Source: Eubacteriales bacterium (GTDB lineage Bacteria > Bacillota > Clostridia > Oscillospirales > UBA644). Taken from it: a stretch of DNA of 64,000 nt. The translations under genes and the position numbers were made by a program. The notes below the pieces were generated by a model. That model did not search any database. It saw only the letters and a program-made list of their open reading frames with translations, and was not told the DNA's origin. Numbering within the stretch: the first letter of the stretch is position 1; each line of letters begins with the position of its first letter. The DNA lies in contig JAZPXN010000035.1 in NCBI GenBank assembly GCA_045543655.1, forward strand, positions 955 to 64,954, given 5' to 3'. Shown piece after piece: positions 17,041 to 27,039 of this stretch.

Positions 17041-18453
17041 ATGCGCAAATTCGATACCAAAGTTCAACATTTAAAATACAAAGTTCTGAGAGAGGTTTCC
17101 CGGCAGGCCTGGAACGGAACTCTGCTGGAAAATCTGCTGGATATTCCCAAAACCATCGCCCCCGGACGGGAGCCCACCGTCCGCTGCTGCGTTTATAAAG
17201 AGCGCGCCATTCTCGAAGAACGGGTCAAGCTGGCCATGGGCGGCGAAAAAGAGAACGATCACGTCATCGAGGTCATCGATATCGCCTGCGACGAATGCCC
17301 CGTGGGCGGCTACGAGGTGACCAACGCCTGTCGGGGATGCCTTGCCCATCGGTGCGAGGACGTCTGCCGGAAGGGCGCCATCACCTTCGACCATAATCAC
17401 GTAGCCCATATCGACAAAAGCAAGTGCGTGGAATGCGGCCTTTGCGCGAAGGTCTGCCCCTTCACCGCCATCGTTCACCGGAAGCGGCCCTGCCAGTCGG
17501 CCTGCAAGATCAAGGCCATTTCCATGAACGAGCACAAGGCCGCCGCCATCGATCAATCCAAATGCACCGCCTGCGGTGCTTGCGTATATCAATGCCCCTT
17601 CGGCGCCATCAGCGACCGCTCCCAGATTCTGAAGGTGGTCGATCTGCTGAAAAATAAGCCCGGAAGGGTCTGTGCCATCGTGGCGCCCTCCATTGCAAGT
17701 CAGTTCCGATATGCGGAGCCGGGGCAGGTGATCTCCGGGCTGAAAAAACTGGGCTTCGACCGGGTGGTGGAGGCGGCGCTCGGCGCGGACATGGTGGCGT
17801 GGAAGGAATCGCAGGAATTGGCAGAAAAGGGCTTCGTCACCTCCTCCTGCTGTCCCGCCTTCGTGTCCTACGTGGAGACCGCCTTCCCGGAATTAAAAGA
17901 AAATATCTCCCACAATCTTTCCCCCATGGCCACCATCGCAAAGCACCTGAAGGAAAAGGATCCGACCCTCCGCAACGTCTTCATCGGCCCCTGTACCGCA
18001 AAGAAGGCAGAGATCCGGCGCCCGGAGGTCAAGCCCTGGGTGGATGCGGTTTTGACCTTTGAAGAGCTGCAGGCGCTCTTCGACAGCCGGGAGATCGAGA
18101 TCACGGAGCTGCCCGAAAGCCCCCTGGACACGGCCTCCTATTTCGGCCGCATCTTTGCCCGGTCGGGCGGCGTGGCCGACGCGGTAGCCCAGGCGCTGAA
18201 GGAGCAGAAGATCGATTTCACCGTCAAGCCCATGGTCTGCGACGGCATCGAGGCCTGCCGGACGGCCCTTCTGAAAAAATCCAAAAACGCCCTGGACGCC
18301 AACTTTATCGAGGGGATGGCCTGCTCCGGTGGATGCATCGGCGGGGCGGGGTGTCTGACCCACGGCGACCGCAACCACCTGCGCATCGACGCCTACGGCG
18401 AAGAGGCCCACGCCAAAACCATCGCCGAAGCCCTGAACGACTTGGAGGAGTAA
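17041..18453 (+). CDS. Monomeric [FeFe]-hydrogenase-like protein (4Fe-4S clusters + H-cluster domain)
   Basis: Ferredoxin motifs CVECGLCAKVCP and CTACGACVYQCP. H-cluster motifs TSSCCPAF, FIGPCTAKKAE and EGMACSGGCIGGAGC. Confidence 0.85.
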   Translation: MRKFDTKVQHLKYKVLREVSRQAWNGTLLENLLDIPKTIAPGREPTVRCCVYKERAILEERVKLAMGGEKENDHVIEVIDIACDECPVGGYEVTNACRGCLAHRCEDVCRKGAITFDHNHVAHIDKSKCVECGLCAKVCPFTAIVHRKRPCQSACKIKAISMNEHKAAAIDQSKCTACGACVYQCPFGAISDRSQILKVVDLLKNKPGRVCAIVAPSIASQFRYAEPGQVISGLKKLGFDRVVEAALGADMVAWKESQELAEKGFVTSSCCPAFVSYVETAFPELKENISHNLSPMATIAKHLKEKDPTLRNVFIGPCTAKKAEIRRPEVKPWVDAVLTFEELQALFDSREIEITELPESPLDTASYFGRIFARSGGVADAVAQALKEQKIDFTVKPMVCDGIEACRTALLKKSKNALDANFIEGMACSGGCIGGAGCLTHGDRNHLRIDAYGEEAHAKTIAEALNDLEE

Positions 18454-18479
18454 GACGGGAGATGGGGAAATAAAACGGC

Positions 18480-18509
18480 GTTCTTTCCTTTCACGAGAAA
18501 GGAAAGAAC
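18480..18509. repeat. Perfect 13-bp hairpin related to the GTTCTTTCC...GGAAAGAAC family
   Basis: gttctttcctttc-acga-gaaaggaaagaac, 27 nt after the hydrogenase stop. No T-run follows. Confidence 0.55.
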
Positions 18510-18570
18510 CAAAGGAAAGCGGCGGCGGACGAATTTCATTCGACCGGAAGATTACGAAAAACGTTCTGCT

Positions 18571-18603
18571 AAAAAACGGAGCCGGCTCAGATGAGCCGGC
18601 TCC
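18571..18603 (-). terminator. Rho-independent terminator (minus strand; may also stop the convergent hydrogenase transcript)
   Basis: 11-bp stem ggagccggctc/gagccggctcc. On the minus strand it is followed by GTTTTTT. Confidence 0.65.
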
Positions 18604-18653
18604 CGATCTTTAAGATCATGTTCAGTTTACGGAGATAACGGTTCGTCCGTCGG

Positions 18654-20564
18654 TTATTTCACGTCGATGACGGTTTCCTTGCCGATCTCGCATTGGGCGA
18701 TCAGCGCACCGTCCTTGTAGATCTTGCAAGCGTGTCCCCGCTCCATTTCCAGGCAGATGCGGTGGCCGCCCAGATGCCAGCCGTCGAATTTCAGATGAGT
18801 CAACTGGCCGGGCAGGGTGGGAGTGACGGAATATTTGCCGTCGCCCAAAGGCCACAGCTTGAACAGCCCTTCGGGAATAATACGGCAGAACAGGGCGCTC
18901 TCTCCGCTCAACTGCCGCCGCCCTCCTTCGGGATAGGCCTCCACGGCGTAGGGAACCCGTTCGCCCAAAAGGCGGGTATGGATATATTGCTTAAAGGAAT
19001 CCCAGGCAGGATTCACCCGGTCGGCAAGGAAAGACCCCTTGAAGCCGAAAAGGGTGGAGCGATCCCAGACCGTATCGTTCTTATTTTCCTCGCCCCGCTC
19101 GCAGGTCAGCATCCCGTGCTTCGTCCACAGATAGGGAGAGAACAGAGCGTTGAGGGTATCCTCCTTCCGGTCGAAGATCCGCATACACAGCGGCAGACAG
19201 ATCCAGGAGCGGAGGGTATCGTGCCCCTTGGTGTAGCGATAGGTCTGAAATCCGTGCATATCCTCTCCGAAATAGGTCTCAATGGCGTCCCGCAGGCTTC
19301 CGGCCCAGGCGCGGTATTGGGCGGCAAGGTCGGGTTCTCCCAGCTGGTCGGCCAGATTGGCGATCAGAAGATAACCGCCGTAAGCAAGGCAGGAGGTGGA
19401 GAGATTGGCGTAATTGTCGGTGGGGAAGCGGCCTTCCAATTCATCGGAATCGGAGCAGATCACCCCTTCGGGCGCAGTCTTGCGGTGGCAGAATTCGGCG
19501 CACCATTTCAGGGCGGGCCAGAGGCGCTGAACGTATTCCTCGTTGCCGCAGACCAGCGCGAAGAAGGTGCCGCCGAAAAGATACATCGCCCCGTCCCCCC
19601 GGTCGCCGGCGCCTTCCCAGATATCCAGCCCCTCAGCGATGACCGACGAAGGGATGGGGGTATAGGAATCGCTCATAAAGGGCATATAATGACCGTAAGC
19701 GTTCATGGAGGCGTTCAGGTCCACCTTATCGCCGGTCTGGGCGAACCAGGGGCCTGCGTATTCCACCTGATCGTTGCACCAGGAGGCGGCGAAGAAATTC
19801 GTTCCGCCGGGGGCGTGAATATCCCCGGTGATGGTGCGGAAAATATTTTCCCCCGCCCGCAGACAGGCAAAGCGGAACATGGTATCCAGCTCTTTATCGT
19901 CGGTGGTGAGCGTAACGGCGTTCATCAGCTCACGGCAGCGGCGGCGACGGCGAGCCTTTTCCTTTTCACCGTCCACGATCACCCGTGGCTCGTTGGCCTT
20001 CCGGGCGGTGCAGCAAAGATCGAAGGTCAGGGCTTCTCCGGGCAGAAGGATTTCGTCCACGCCGTCGTGGAGAACCTCCATCTGGTACATCCCCTTCGTG
20101 CCCCGCACCTCCGCGTCGAGAAGAACCTCGGGGGTGGACAGAGTCAATTGCACGGGACGGTCGGTAATATTTCTGACCGTCGTCCGTTCCACGGCGGCAA
20201 GGGCCAGCTCAGCGGGGAAAAATTCCCGGATGATCTCGTAATCCGGCGTTCTGGTCTTGGCGGTCAGAATGCCGTCGATGGTATAGGACACCGCCCGTTC
20301 CGGCTCGGCCCGGCCGTCGGCCAGAAGGACGGGGAAATTTTTCTCGTCGTATTGCTTCCGAAGAGAGGCGCTGGTATTATTGGGAATCAAGCGCAGCGTG
20401 GGGAATACGCAATAGCGCCGCAGAACCGCAGTCCCACCCTCGGCGACCCCGTAGGTAATCTGGTCGGAGGTAAAAAATCCGGCCATTTCCAGTTCGTCGG
20501 TGTGAACCTGCCCCTTACGGACGGTCCAGCGAATACCGTTTTTGCAAAGCTTGAAATAATCCAT
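18654..20564 (-). CDS. Hypothetical protein, possibly an (alpha/alpha)6 six-hairpin glycosidase-like fold
   Basis: 636-aa ORF with a GGAG RBS. The fold guess rests only on composition and pattern (...SWCNDQVEYAGPWF...CLAYGGYLLIANLADQLG...). Product uncertain. Confidence 0.7.
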   Translation of the reverse strand: MDYFKLCKNGIRWTVRKGQVHTDELEMAGFFTSDQITYGVAEGGTAVLRRYCVFPTLRLIPNNTSASLRKQYDEKNFPVLLADGRAEPERAVSYTIDGILTAKTRTPDYEIIREFFPAELALAAVERTTVRNITDRPVQLTLSTPEVLLDAEVRGTKGMYQMEVLHDGVDEILLPGEALTFDLCCTARKANEPRVIVDGEKEKARRRRRCRELMNAVTLTTDDKELDTMFRFACLRAGENIFRTITGDIHAPGGTNFFAASWCNDQVEYAGPWFAQTGDKVDLNASMNAYGHYMPFMSDSYTPIPSSVIAEGLDIWEGAGDRGDGAMYLFGGTFFALVCGNEEYVQRLWPALKWCAEFCHRKTAPEGVICSDSDELEGRFPTDNYANLSTSCLAYGGYLLIANLADQLGEPDLAAQYRAWAGSLRDAIETYFGEDMHGFQTYRYTKGHDTLRSWICLPLCMRIFDRKEDTLNALFSPYLWTKHGMLTCERGEENKNDTVWDRSTLFGFKGSFLADRVNPAWDSFKQYIHTRLLGERVPYAVEAYPEGGRRQLSGESALFCRIIPEGLFKLWPLGDGKYSVTPTLPGQLTHLKFDGWHLGGHRICLEMERGHACKIYKDGALIAQCEIGKETVIDVK

Positions 20565-20578
20565 AATCTATACTCCAA

Positions 20579-22285
20579 TCACGAAGATTTTTGTTTTTCT
20601 TCTTCCTCCAGCACCCGGTAGGCCACCTTTCCCACCAGAGTTTTGGGCAATTCCCGCCGGAATTCGATCTGCCGGGGCAGAGCGTAGCGGGCAACGTATT
20701 TGCGGCACCGGGCAAGGATCTTTTCCTTGGTTTCTTCGCTTTCGGGCACGCCCGGCTTCAGCACCACGAAGGCCTTCACCGCCCGGATGCGCACCGGATC
20801 GTCCACGCCGATCACGCAGGAAATCTGCACTTCCTCCATAGAATCGAGAACGTTTTCGATCTGCGAAGGATAAACGTTGTGTCCGTTGGTAACGATCATC
20901 CGCTTGATGCGCTGACGGAAATAGACGAAGCCGTCCTCGTCCATCATCCCAAGATCCCCCGTATGGACCCAACGCAGACCGTCGGCGTGAACCTGCAGAG
21001 CGTCCGCAGTCTCCCCGGGACGGTTGAGATAACCAAGCATCACCGTGGGCCCGGCAATACAGATCTCCCCTTCTTCTCCGTACGGGACCTCCTCCCGGGT
21101 GCCGGGGCGGACGATCTTATAATAGGTATCGGGGAAGGGGATGCCGATAGAGCCCTCCCGGTAGGCGTCGATGGGCGTGAGGCAGGAGGCGGTGACGCAC
21201 TCGGTCGTACCGTACCCCTCCCGGATGGGGACCGTCGATCCGTGGGCCTTCAGAAAGGCGTCAAAGCGCTTTTTCAGCCCCACGGAAAGGGAATCCCCGC
21301 CGCTGAAAACCCCCTTCAGGCAAGAAAGATCGGCGTTTTCCATGGAATCTTCCCGGAGCAGGGCCTCGTAAAGAGAAGGGACTCCGGCAACAAAATTACA
21401 TTTCTTCTTTCGCAGTAATTTCCCGTAGCTCTTCACCGTAAAACGGGGAACGAGAATGCACCGACCACCGTGAAAAAGCATGGAATGAATAGAAACGCCG
21501 AGACCAAAGCCGTGAAAAACCGGCATAACGGCCAGCATTTTGTCCCCCGGCCGAAACATGGGATTGGCGGCGATGACCTGCTGGGCTAAGGCGTTGAAGT
21601 TCCCGTTGGACAGAAGGATCCCCTTGGTGGTCCCGGTGGTGCCGCCGCTGTAAAGAATTACGGCGGGATCCTCCGACCGACCGGAGGGAAGATTTGGTTC
21701 CGAAAGAGCGCTCTTCCAAAAATCCTTCCAAAGTAAAACCGGAAGATTTTTCGGTATTTCCGGGATTTTTCGTCCTTCCGTCAGAGCGTATCCGATCCCG
21801 GTCAGAAGAGGCATCGCATCGGCTACCGAGGTAACGATCAAGGTCTGCAGAGGCGTATTTTCCCGGACGGCGGCAAATTTTCCGCAGAATTGATCCAGCG
21901 TCACCGCCACCCGGCTTTCCCCTTCGTTGAGATAAAATTCGATTTCCTTTTCCCCGGAAAGGGGGTGCACCATATTGGACACGGCGCCCAACGCGTTGAC
22001 GGCGTAAAACAGCACTACCGCCTGCGGGCAATTGGGAAGACAGAGCGTCACCCGATCTCCCGGACGAACGCCTGCGGCGGACAACCCTCCGGCGCAACGG
22101 AGCACGTCCCGGCAAAAATCCCCGTAAGAGGTGGACTTGCCCATAAAATCATAGGCAACAAAATCCTTATATTTCTCTCCAGCCCTTCGGACTCCCTCCC
22201 ACATCGTGCCGGAAAAATAATCCAGCCGGGCCGGGATCGGTCCGAAGGAAGCGAGCCATGGAGCTTTTGGGGGGGTCGGTGCCAT
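20579..22285 (-). CDS. AMP-dependent synthetase/ligase (acyl-CoA ligase family)
   Basis: ...ILYSGGTTGTTKGILLSN..., ...EGYGTTE..., ...HTGDLGMMDEDGFVYFRQRIKRMI... Confidence 0.9.
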   Translation of the reverse strand: MAPTPPKAPWLASFGPIPARLDYFSGTMWEGVRRAGEKYKDFVAYDFMGKSTSYGDFCRDVLRCAGGLSAAGVRPGDRVTLCLPNCPQAVVLFYAVNALGAVSNMVHPLSGEKEIEFYLNEGESRVAVTLDQFCGKFAAVRENTPLQTLIVTSVADAMPLLTGIGYALTEGRKIPEIPKNLPVLLWKDFWKSALSEPNLPSGRSEDPAVILYSGGTTGTTKGILLSNGNFNALAQQVIAANPMFRPGDKMLAVMPVFHGFGLGVSIHSMLFHGGRCILVPRFTVKSYGKLLRKKKCNFVAGVPSLYEALLREDSMENADLSCLKGVFSGGDSLSVGLKKRFDAFLKAHGSTVPIREGYGTTECVTASCLTPIDAYREGSIGIPFPDTYYKIVRPGTREEVPYGEEGEICIAGPTVMLGYLNRPGETADALQVHADGLRWVHTGDLGMMDEDGFVYFRQRIKRMIVTNGHNVYPSQIENVLDSMEEVQISCVIGVDDPVRIRAVKAFVVLKPGVPESEETKEKILARCRKYVARYALPRQIEFRRELPKTLVGKVAYRVLEEEEKQKSS

Positions 22286-22439
22286 ACGCAGGTCCTTTCG
22301 ACAAAAAAATACTGCTCAATTTCAATCGTTTTCTATTCAAAGTATAGCTTTTTTTCCAGTACCTGTCAAGACAATTCACATTTTTTTAAAGAATTATGCG
22401 GAGCAGGCGTTGATGTCAAAAAAAGTTTGTAGTTTTCTC

Positions 22440-22468
22440 TTGACATCGCGGAAACGATGTGATATAAT
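22440..22468 (+). promoter_or_regulatory. Sigma-A-type promoter of the pyr operon
   Basis: TTGACA (22440..22445), 17-nt spacer, TGaTATAAT (extended -10, 22460..22468). Confidence 0.55.
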
Positions 22469-22485
22469 ATATAAAGTAATTTAAT

Positions 22486-22593
22486 AGGACAATCTTTAAG
22501 ACGATACGAGAGATCGGCAAGATCGGTTCCCCCATCCGGACGGTGCAAAACTACCGTCGTTCTGTTCTGCCGTCCTCGGGCAGAATTTTTTTT
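22486..22593 (+). promoter_or_regulatory. pyr leader: putative PyrR-type binding loop plus transcription attenuator
   Basis: CUUUAAGACGAUACGAGAGAUCGGCAAGAU resembles the B. subtilis PyrR binding loop CUUUAAACAGUCCAGAGAGGCUGAGAAGG (quoted from memory). A terminator ttctgcc-N7-ggcagaa + T8 lies at 22565..22593. Upstream, ggacgg (22538..22543) can pair with ccgtcc (22570..22575) inside the terminator stem. Confidence 0.45.
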
Positions 22594-22607
22594 ATACGGA
22601 GGGCCTT

Positions 22608-23813
22608 ATGGCACAGGAAAAACCTACCCGCAACCTGAATATGCAGTACCTTCCGAAGACTCCTTCGGATCGGATGATCCGTTCCCTTCTTTCTTCCGTT
22701 GCCGACGATTCAAAAGAATATACGCTTCTTCCCGGCTTTTGCGACGTGCACGTTCATTTTCGCGAGCCGGGTTTTTGCTGCAAGGAAGATATCGCCTCCG
22801 GCTCGGCGGCCGCGGCAAAGGGCGGATATACCGCCGTCTGCACCATGCCGAACCTGGATCCGGTGCCCGATTCTCCGGAGCATCTGAAGGTCCAGACCGA
22901 CGCCGTTGAGGCAAAGGCGAAGATCGCCGTCTATCCCTACGGCGCTATCACCGTAGGCGAGCAGGGAAAAACGATGGCGGATCTGGAGGGAATGGCAGAA
23001 AACGTCGTCGCCTTTTCCGACGACGGGAGAGGCGTGCAGAGCGACGAAATGATGGCCGACGCGATGAAAAGAGCCAAGGCTCTGGGGAAAATCATCGCCG
23101 CCCATACGGAGGTGGACGCCCTGAAGGGAGGCTGCATCCATCAGGGAGAATACGCAAAAGCCCACGGGCACACCGGGATTCCCTCCGCCTGCGAATATCT
23201 GCAGATCCAACGGGATCTTGAGCTGGTGAAAAAGATCGGTTGCGCCTACCACGTCTGCCACGTATCGGCAAAGGAAAGCGTGGAAATGATACGGCAGGCA
23301 AAAAAAGCCGGACTGGACGTCACCTGTGAAACGGCACCCCATTATCTGATTTTCGACGATTCCCATCTCCGGGAGGACGGCAAATGGAAGATGAATCCCC
23401 CCTTGCGGGCCGCCGCCGACCGGGAAGCGCTGATCGAAGGAATCCTGGACGGAACCGTGGTTATGATCGCCACCGACCACGCCCCCCATACGGCGGAAGA
23501 AAAAAGCCGGGGGCTGGAGAAAAGCCTGTTCGGCATCGTGGGGCTGGAAACCGCCTTCCCCGCAACGTATACCCATTTCGTCCGGACGGGAATTATGACC
23601 ATGGAAAAGCTGCTGGAGCTGATGGTCTACGCTCCCCGCAAGCGCTTCGGCATTCCTTTGGGAGACGAGGATTTCTCCCTGTGGGATCTCAATGCGAAAT
23701 ATACCGTCGATCCCTCCACCTTCGCCACCCGGGGACGGGCAACGCCCTTCGAAGGCGCGGAGCTGTACGCAAAGCACGTCGCCACGGTATTCGGCGGCAA
23801 GGAACTCAAGTAA
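22608..23813 (+). CDS. pyrC: Dihydroorotase
   Basis: ...LLPGFCDVHVHFREPGF...TMPN...DHAPH... Confidence 0.9.
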   Translation: MAQEKPTRNLNMQYLPKTPSDRMIRSLLSSVADDSKEYTLLPGFCDVHVHFREPGFCCKEDIASGSAAAAKGGYTAVCTMPNLDPVPDSPEHLKVQTDAVEAKAKIAVYPYGAITVGEQGKTMADLEGMAENVVAFSDDGRGVQSDEMMADAMKRAKALGKIIAAHTEVDALKGGCIHQGEYAKAHGHTGIPSACEYLQIQRDLELVKKIGCAYHVCHVSAKESVEMIRQAKKAGLDVTCETAPHYLIFDDSHLREDGKWKMNPPLRAAADREALIEGILDGTVVMIATDHAPHTAEEKSRGLEKSLFGIVGLETAFPATYTHFVRTGIMTMEKLLELMVYAPRKRFGIPLGDEDFSLWDLNAKYTVDPSTFATRGRATPFEGAELYAKHVATVFGGKELK

Positions 23814-23850
23814 TTTTTTAACGATTGAATATATTAAGGAGGCCACGAAA

Positions 23851-26800
23851 ATGCCCAAAAGAACAGATATCAAAAAGATCCTCATCATTGGCTCCGGTCC
23901 CATCGTCATCGGCCAGGCTGCCGAATTCGACTACGCCGGAACCCAAGCCTGCCTCGCCCTGAAGGAAGAAGGCTACGAGGTCGTTCTCTGCAACTCCAAC
24001 CCCGCTACCATCATGACCGATACCTCCATTGCGGACAAGGTCTATATGGAGCCCCTGACCCTGGAATATATCGCCAAAATCATCCGCTACGAGCGCCCCG
24101 ACGCCATCGTCCCCGGCATCGGAGGACAGACCGGACTGAACCTGGCCATGCAGCTGGAGCGCAAGGGCATTCTGAAGGAATGTCAGGTGGAGCTTCTGGG
24201 CACCTCCAGCAAATCCATCGAGCGGGCCGAGGACCGGGAGCTGTTCAAGGAGCTTTGCCAGTCCATTAACGAGCCGGTCATTCCCTCGGAGATCACCTAC
24301 GATATTGAACAGGCCAAGGCCGCGGCAGCCCGCATCGGATATCCCGTGGTTCTGCGCCCCGCCTTTACGCTGGGCGGCACCGGCGGCGGCTTTGCTTACA
24401 GTGAGGAAGAGCTGGTCGAGGTCGGTCTCAACGCCTTCAAGCTCTCTCCCGTGCATCAGGTTCTGATCGAAAAGTCGGTCAAGGGCTACAAGGAAATCGA
24501 ATTCGAGGTCATGCGGGACTCCAACGATCACGCCATCACCATCTGCGGCATGGAGAATATCGACCCCGTGGGCGTGCATACCGGGGACTCTCTGGTGGTC
24601 GCCCCCATCATGACCCTGAGCGAGCACGACCAGAAGATGCTCAACGATTCCGCCATCAAGATCATCAAGGAACTGAAGATCGAAGGGGGATGCAACGTTC
24701 AGTTTGCCCTGAACCCCCATTCCTCCGAATACTATCTCATTGAAGTCAATCCCCGGGTCTCCCGGTCCTCCGCTCTGGCCTCCAAGGCCTCCGGCTATCC
24801 CATTGCCCGGGTCACCGCAAAAATTGCCGTAGGCATGGCGCTGGAGGATATCAAGATCGCCAACACCAACGCCGCCTTCGAGCCTCAGCTGGATTACGTC
24901 ATCGCAAAGCTTCCCCGCTTCCCCTTCGACAAATTCACCTCGGCCACCAACAAGCTGGGCACCCAGATGAAGGCCACCGGGGAAGTCATGGGCATCGGCG
25001 CCAACCTGGAGGAATGTCTGCTGAAGGGCATCCGCTCTCTGGAGATCGGCGCCAACCATATTTATCTTTCCAAGTTTGACAACATGTCCGTGGACGAGCT
25101 TCTGGACTATATCAAGGAATTCCGCTCCGACAACATCTTCGCCATCGCAGAGCTGTTCTATCACGGCGTTTCGGTGGAGAAGATCCACGAGATCACTCAG
25201 ATTACCGAATTCTTCCTGGAAGCCATCAAACGCATCGTGGACATGGAAGAGACCCTGAAAAAGAACGTCAAGGATCTCGATACTCTGAAGTCCGCCAAGA
25301 AGATGGGCTTCGGGGACAAATACATTGCCCGGATGTGGAACTGCACCGAGCTGGACGTTTACAACTTCCGGAAGGAAAACAACGTATTCCCCGTCTTCCG
25401 CATGGTGGACACCTGCCATACGGGGGCGTATATCCCCTACTTCTACTCTTCTTACACCGGCGAAAACGCCTCGGTCATCACCGATAAGAAGAAGATCGTC
25501 GTTCTCGGCGCCGGCCCCATCCGCATCGGCCAGGGGGTGGAATTCGACTATTCCACCGTTCACGCCGTGACCACCATCAAGAATTCCGGCTACGAAGCCA
25601 TTATCATCAACAATAACCCCGAAACGGTCTCCACCGACTATACCACCGCCGATAAGCTGTATTTCGAGCCCCTGACTCCCGAAGACGTGATGAACATCAT
25701 CGAATTCGAAAAGCCCGAAGGGGTGGTGGCTTCTCTGGGCGGACAGACCGCCATCAATCTGGCACAGCCCCTCACCGACCGGGGCGTGAAGATCATTGGC
25801 ACCGACTGCGCGGCCATCGACCGGGCGGAAGACCGTAACGCCTTCGAAAATCTGCTCAACGAGTTGAATATTCCCCGGGCCAAGGGACAGGCCGTCACCA
25901 ATATGGAGGACGGTCTGAAGGCGGCGGCGGAGATCGGATATCCCGTCCTCGTCCGTCCCTCCTTCGTCCTCGGCGGACGGGCCATGCAGATCGTGGCCAA
26001 CGAGGAGCAGCTGAAGCACTATCTGAAGACCGCCGTTGAAATCGACGAGGACAAGCCCGTGCTGGTGGACAAATACATTTCCGGCCGGGAGGTTGAGGTC
26101 GACGCCATCTGCGACGGACGGAACGTCTTCGTTCCCGGGATCATGGAACTGGTGGAGCGCACCGGCGTTCACTCCGGGGACTCCATCTCGGTCTATCCCT
26201 CCTTCTCGGTTTCCGACAAGGTCAAGGGCACCATCCTGCAGTACGCCAAGCAGCTGGGCCTCGGCATCGGCATCGTGGGGCTTTACAACATCCAGTTTAT
26301 CGTGGACAAGGAAGACAACGTTTATATCATCGAGGTCAATCCCCGCTCCTCCCGGACCGTCCCCTTCCTCTCCAAGGCTACCGGATATTCTCTGGCCGAC
26401 ATTGCCACCGAAGTCATTCTGGGCAAATCTCTGAAGGAGCAGGGCATCTTCGACATCTATCCCGACGAAAAGAAGCGCTGGTACGTAAAAGCACCGGTCT
26501 TCTCCTTCAATAAGATCCGGGGCTTGGACGCTTACCTCTCTCCCGAAATGAAATCCACCGGGGAAGCCATCGGATACGACGACAAGATGAACGGCGCCTG
26601 CTACAAGGCTCTCCAGGCCGCCGGAATGCACCTGCAGAATTACGGCACCGTCTTTGCCACCATCGCCGACGTGGATAAGGAGGAGGCTCTGCCCCTCATC
26701 CGCCGGTTCTATAACCTGGGCTTCAACATCCAGGCCACCGAGGGCACCGCGAAGTATCTGAAAGAAAACGGCATCCGCACCCACGCCCTGAAGAAGATCA

Positions 26801-27027
26801 GCGACGGCAGCGAGGAGATTCCCGACGCTCTGCGGCAGGGTCACGTGGCTTACGTGATCAACACCAAGGATCCCTCCTCTGACGGCACCGACAACAACGA
26901 CGGCGCCCAGATCCGGAACCTGGCCACCGAATACAACGTCACCCTCTTCACCGCTCTGGATACCGTCAAGGTGCTTCTGGACGTGCTGGAAGAAACCACC
27001 CTCTGCATCTCCACCATCGACGCGTAA
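23851..27027 (+). CDS. carB: Carbamoyl-phosphate synthase large subunit
   Basis: Trimmed to ATG 23851 (MPKRTDIKKILIIGSGPIVIGQAAEFDYAGTQA...) after AAGGAGG. 1058 aa with duplicated ATP-grasp halves. Confidence 0.95.
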   Translation: MPKRTDIKKILIIGSGPIVIGQAAEFDYAGTQACLALKEEGYEVVLCNSNPATIMTDTSIADKVYMEPLTLEYIAKIIRYERPDAIVPGIGGQTGLNLAMQLERKGILKECQVELLGTSSKSIERAEDRELFKELCQSINEPVIPSEITYDIEQAKAAAARIGYPVVLRPAFTLGGTGGGFAYSEEELVEVGLNAFKLSPVHQVLIEKSVKGYKEIEFEVMRDSNDHAITICGMENIDPVGVHTGDSLVVAPIMTLSEHDQKMLNDSAIKIIKELKIEGGCNVQFALNPHSSEYYLIEVNPRVSRSSALASKASGYPIARVTAKIAVGMALEDIKIANTNAAFEPQLDYVIAKLPRFPFDKFTSATNKLGTQMKATGEVMGIGANLEECLLKGIRSLEIGANHIYLSKFDNMSVDELLDYIKEFRSDNIFAIAELFYHGVSVEKIHEITQITEFFLEAIKRIVDMEETLKKNVKDLDTLKSAKKMGFGDKYIARMWNCTELDVYNFRKENNVFPVFRMVDTCHTGAYIPYFYSSYTGENASVITDKKKIVVLGAGPIRIGQGVEFDYSTVHAVTTIKNSGYEAIIINNNPETVSTDYTTADKLYFEPLTPEDVMNIIEFEKPEGVVASLGGQTAINLAQPLTDRGVKIIGTDCAAIDRAEDRNAFENLLNELNIPRAKGQAVTNMEDGLKAAAEIGYPVLVRPSFVLGGRAMQIVANEEQLKHYLKTAVEIDEDKPVLVDKYISGREVEVDAICDGRNVFVPGIMELVERTGVHSGDSISVYPSFSVSDKVKGTILQYAKQLGLGIGIVGLYNIQFIVDKEDNVYIIEVNPRSSRTVPFLSKATGYSLADIATEVILGKSLKEQGIFDIYPDEKKRWYVKAPVFSFNKIRGLDAYLSPEMKSTGEAIGYDDKMNGACYKALQAAGMHLQNYGTVFATIADVDKEEALPLIRRFYNLGFNIQATEGTAKYLKENGIRTHALKKISDGSEEIPDALRQGHVAYVINTKDPSSDGTDNNDGAQIRNLATEYNVTLFTALDTVKVLLDVLEETTLCISTIDA

Positions 27028-27039
27028 GGAGCAAGCGCT

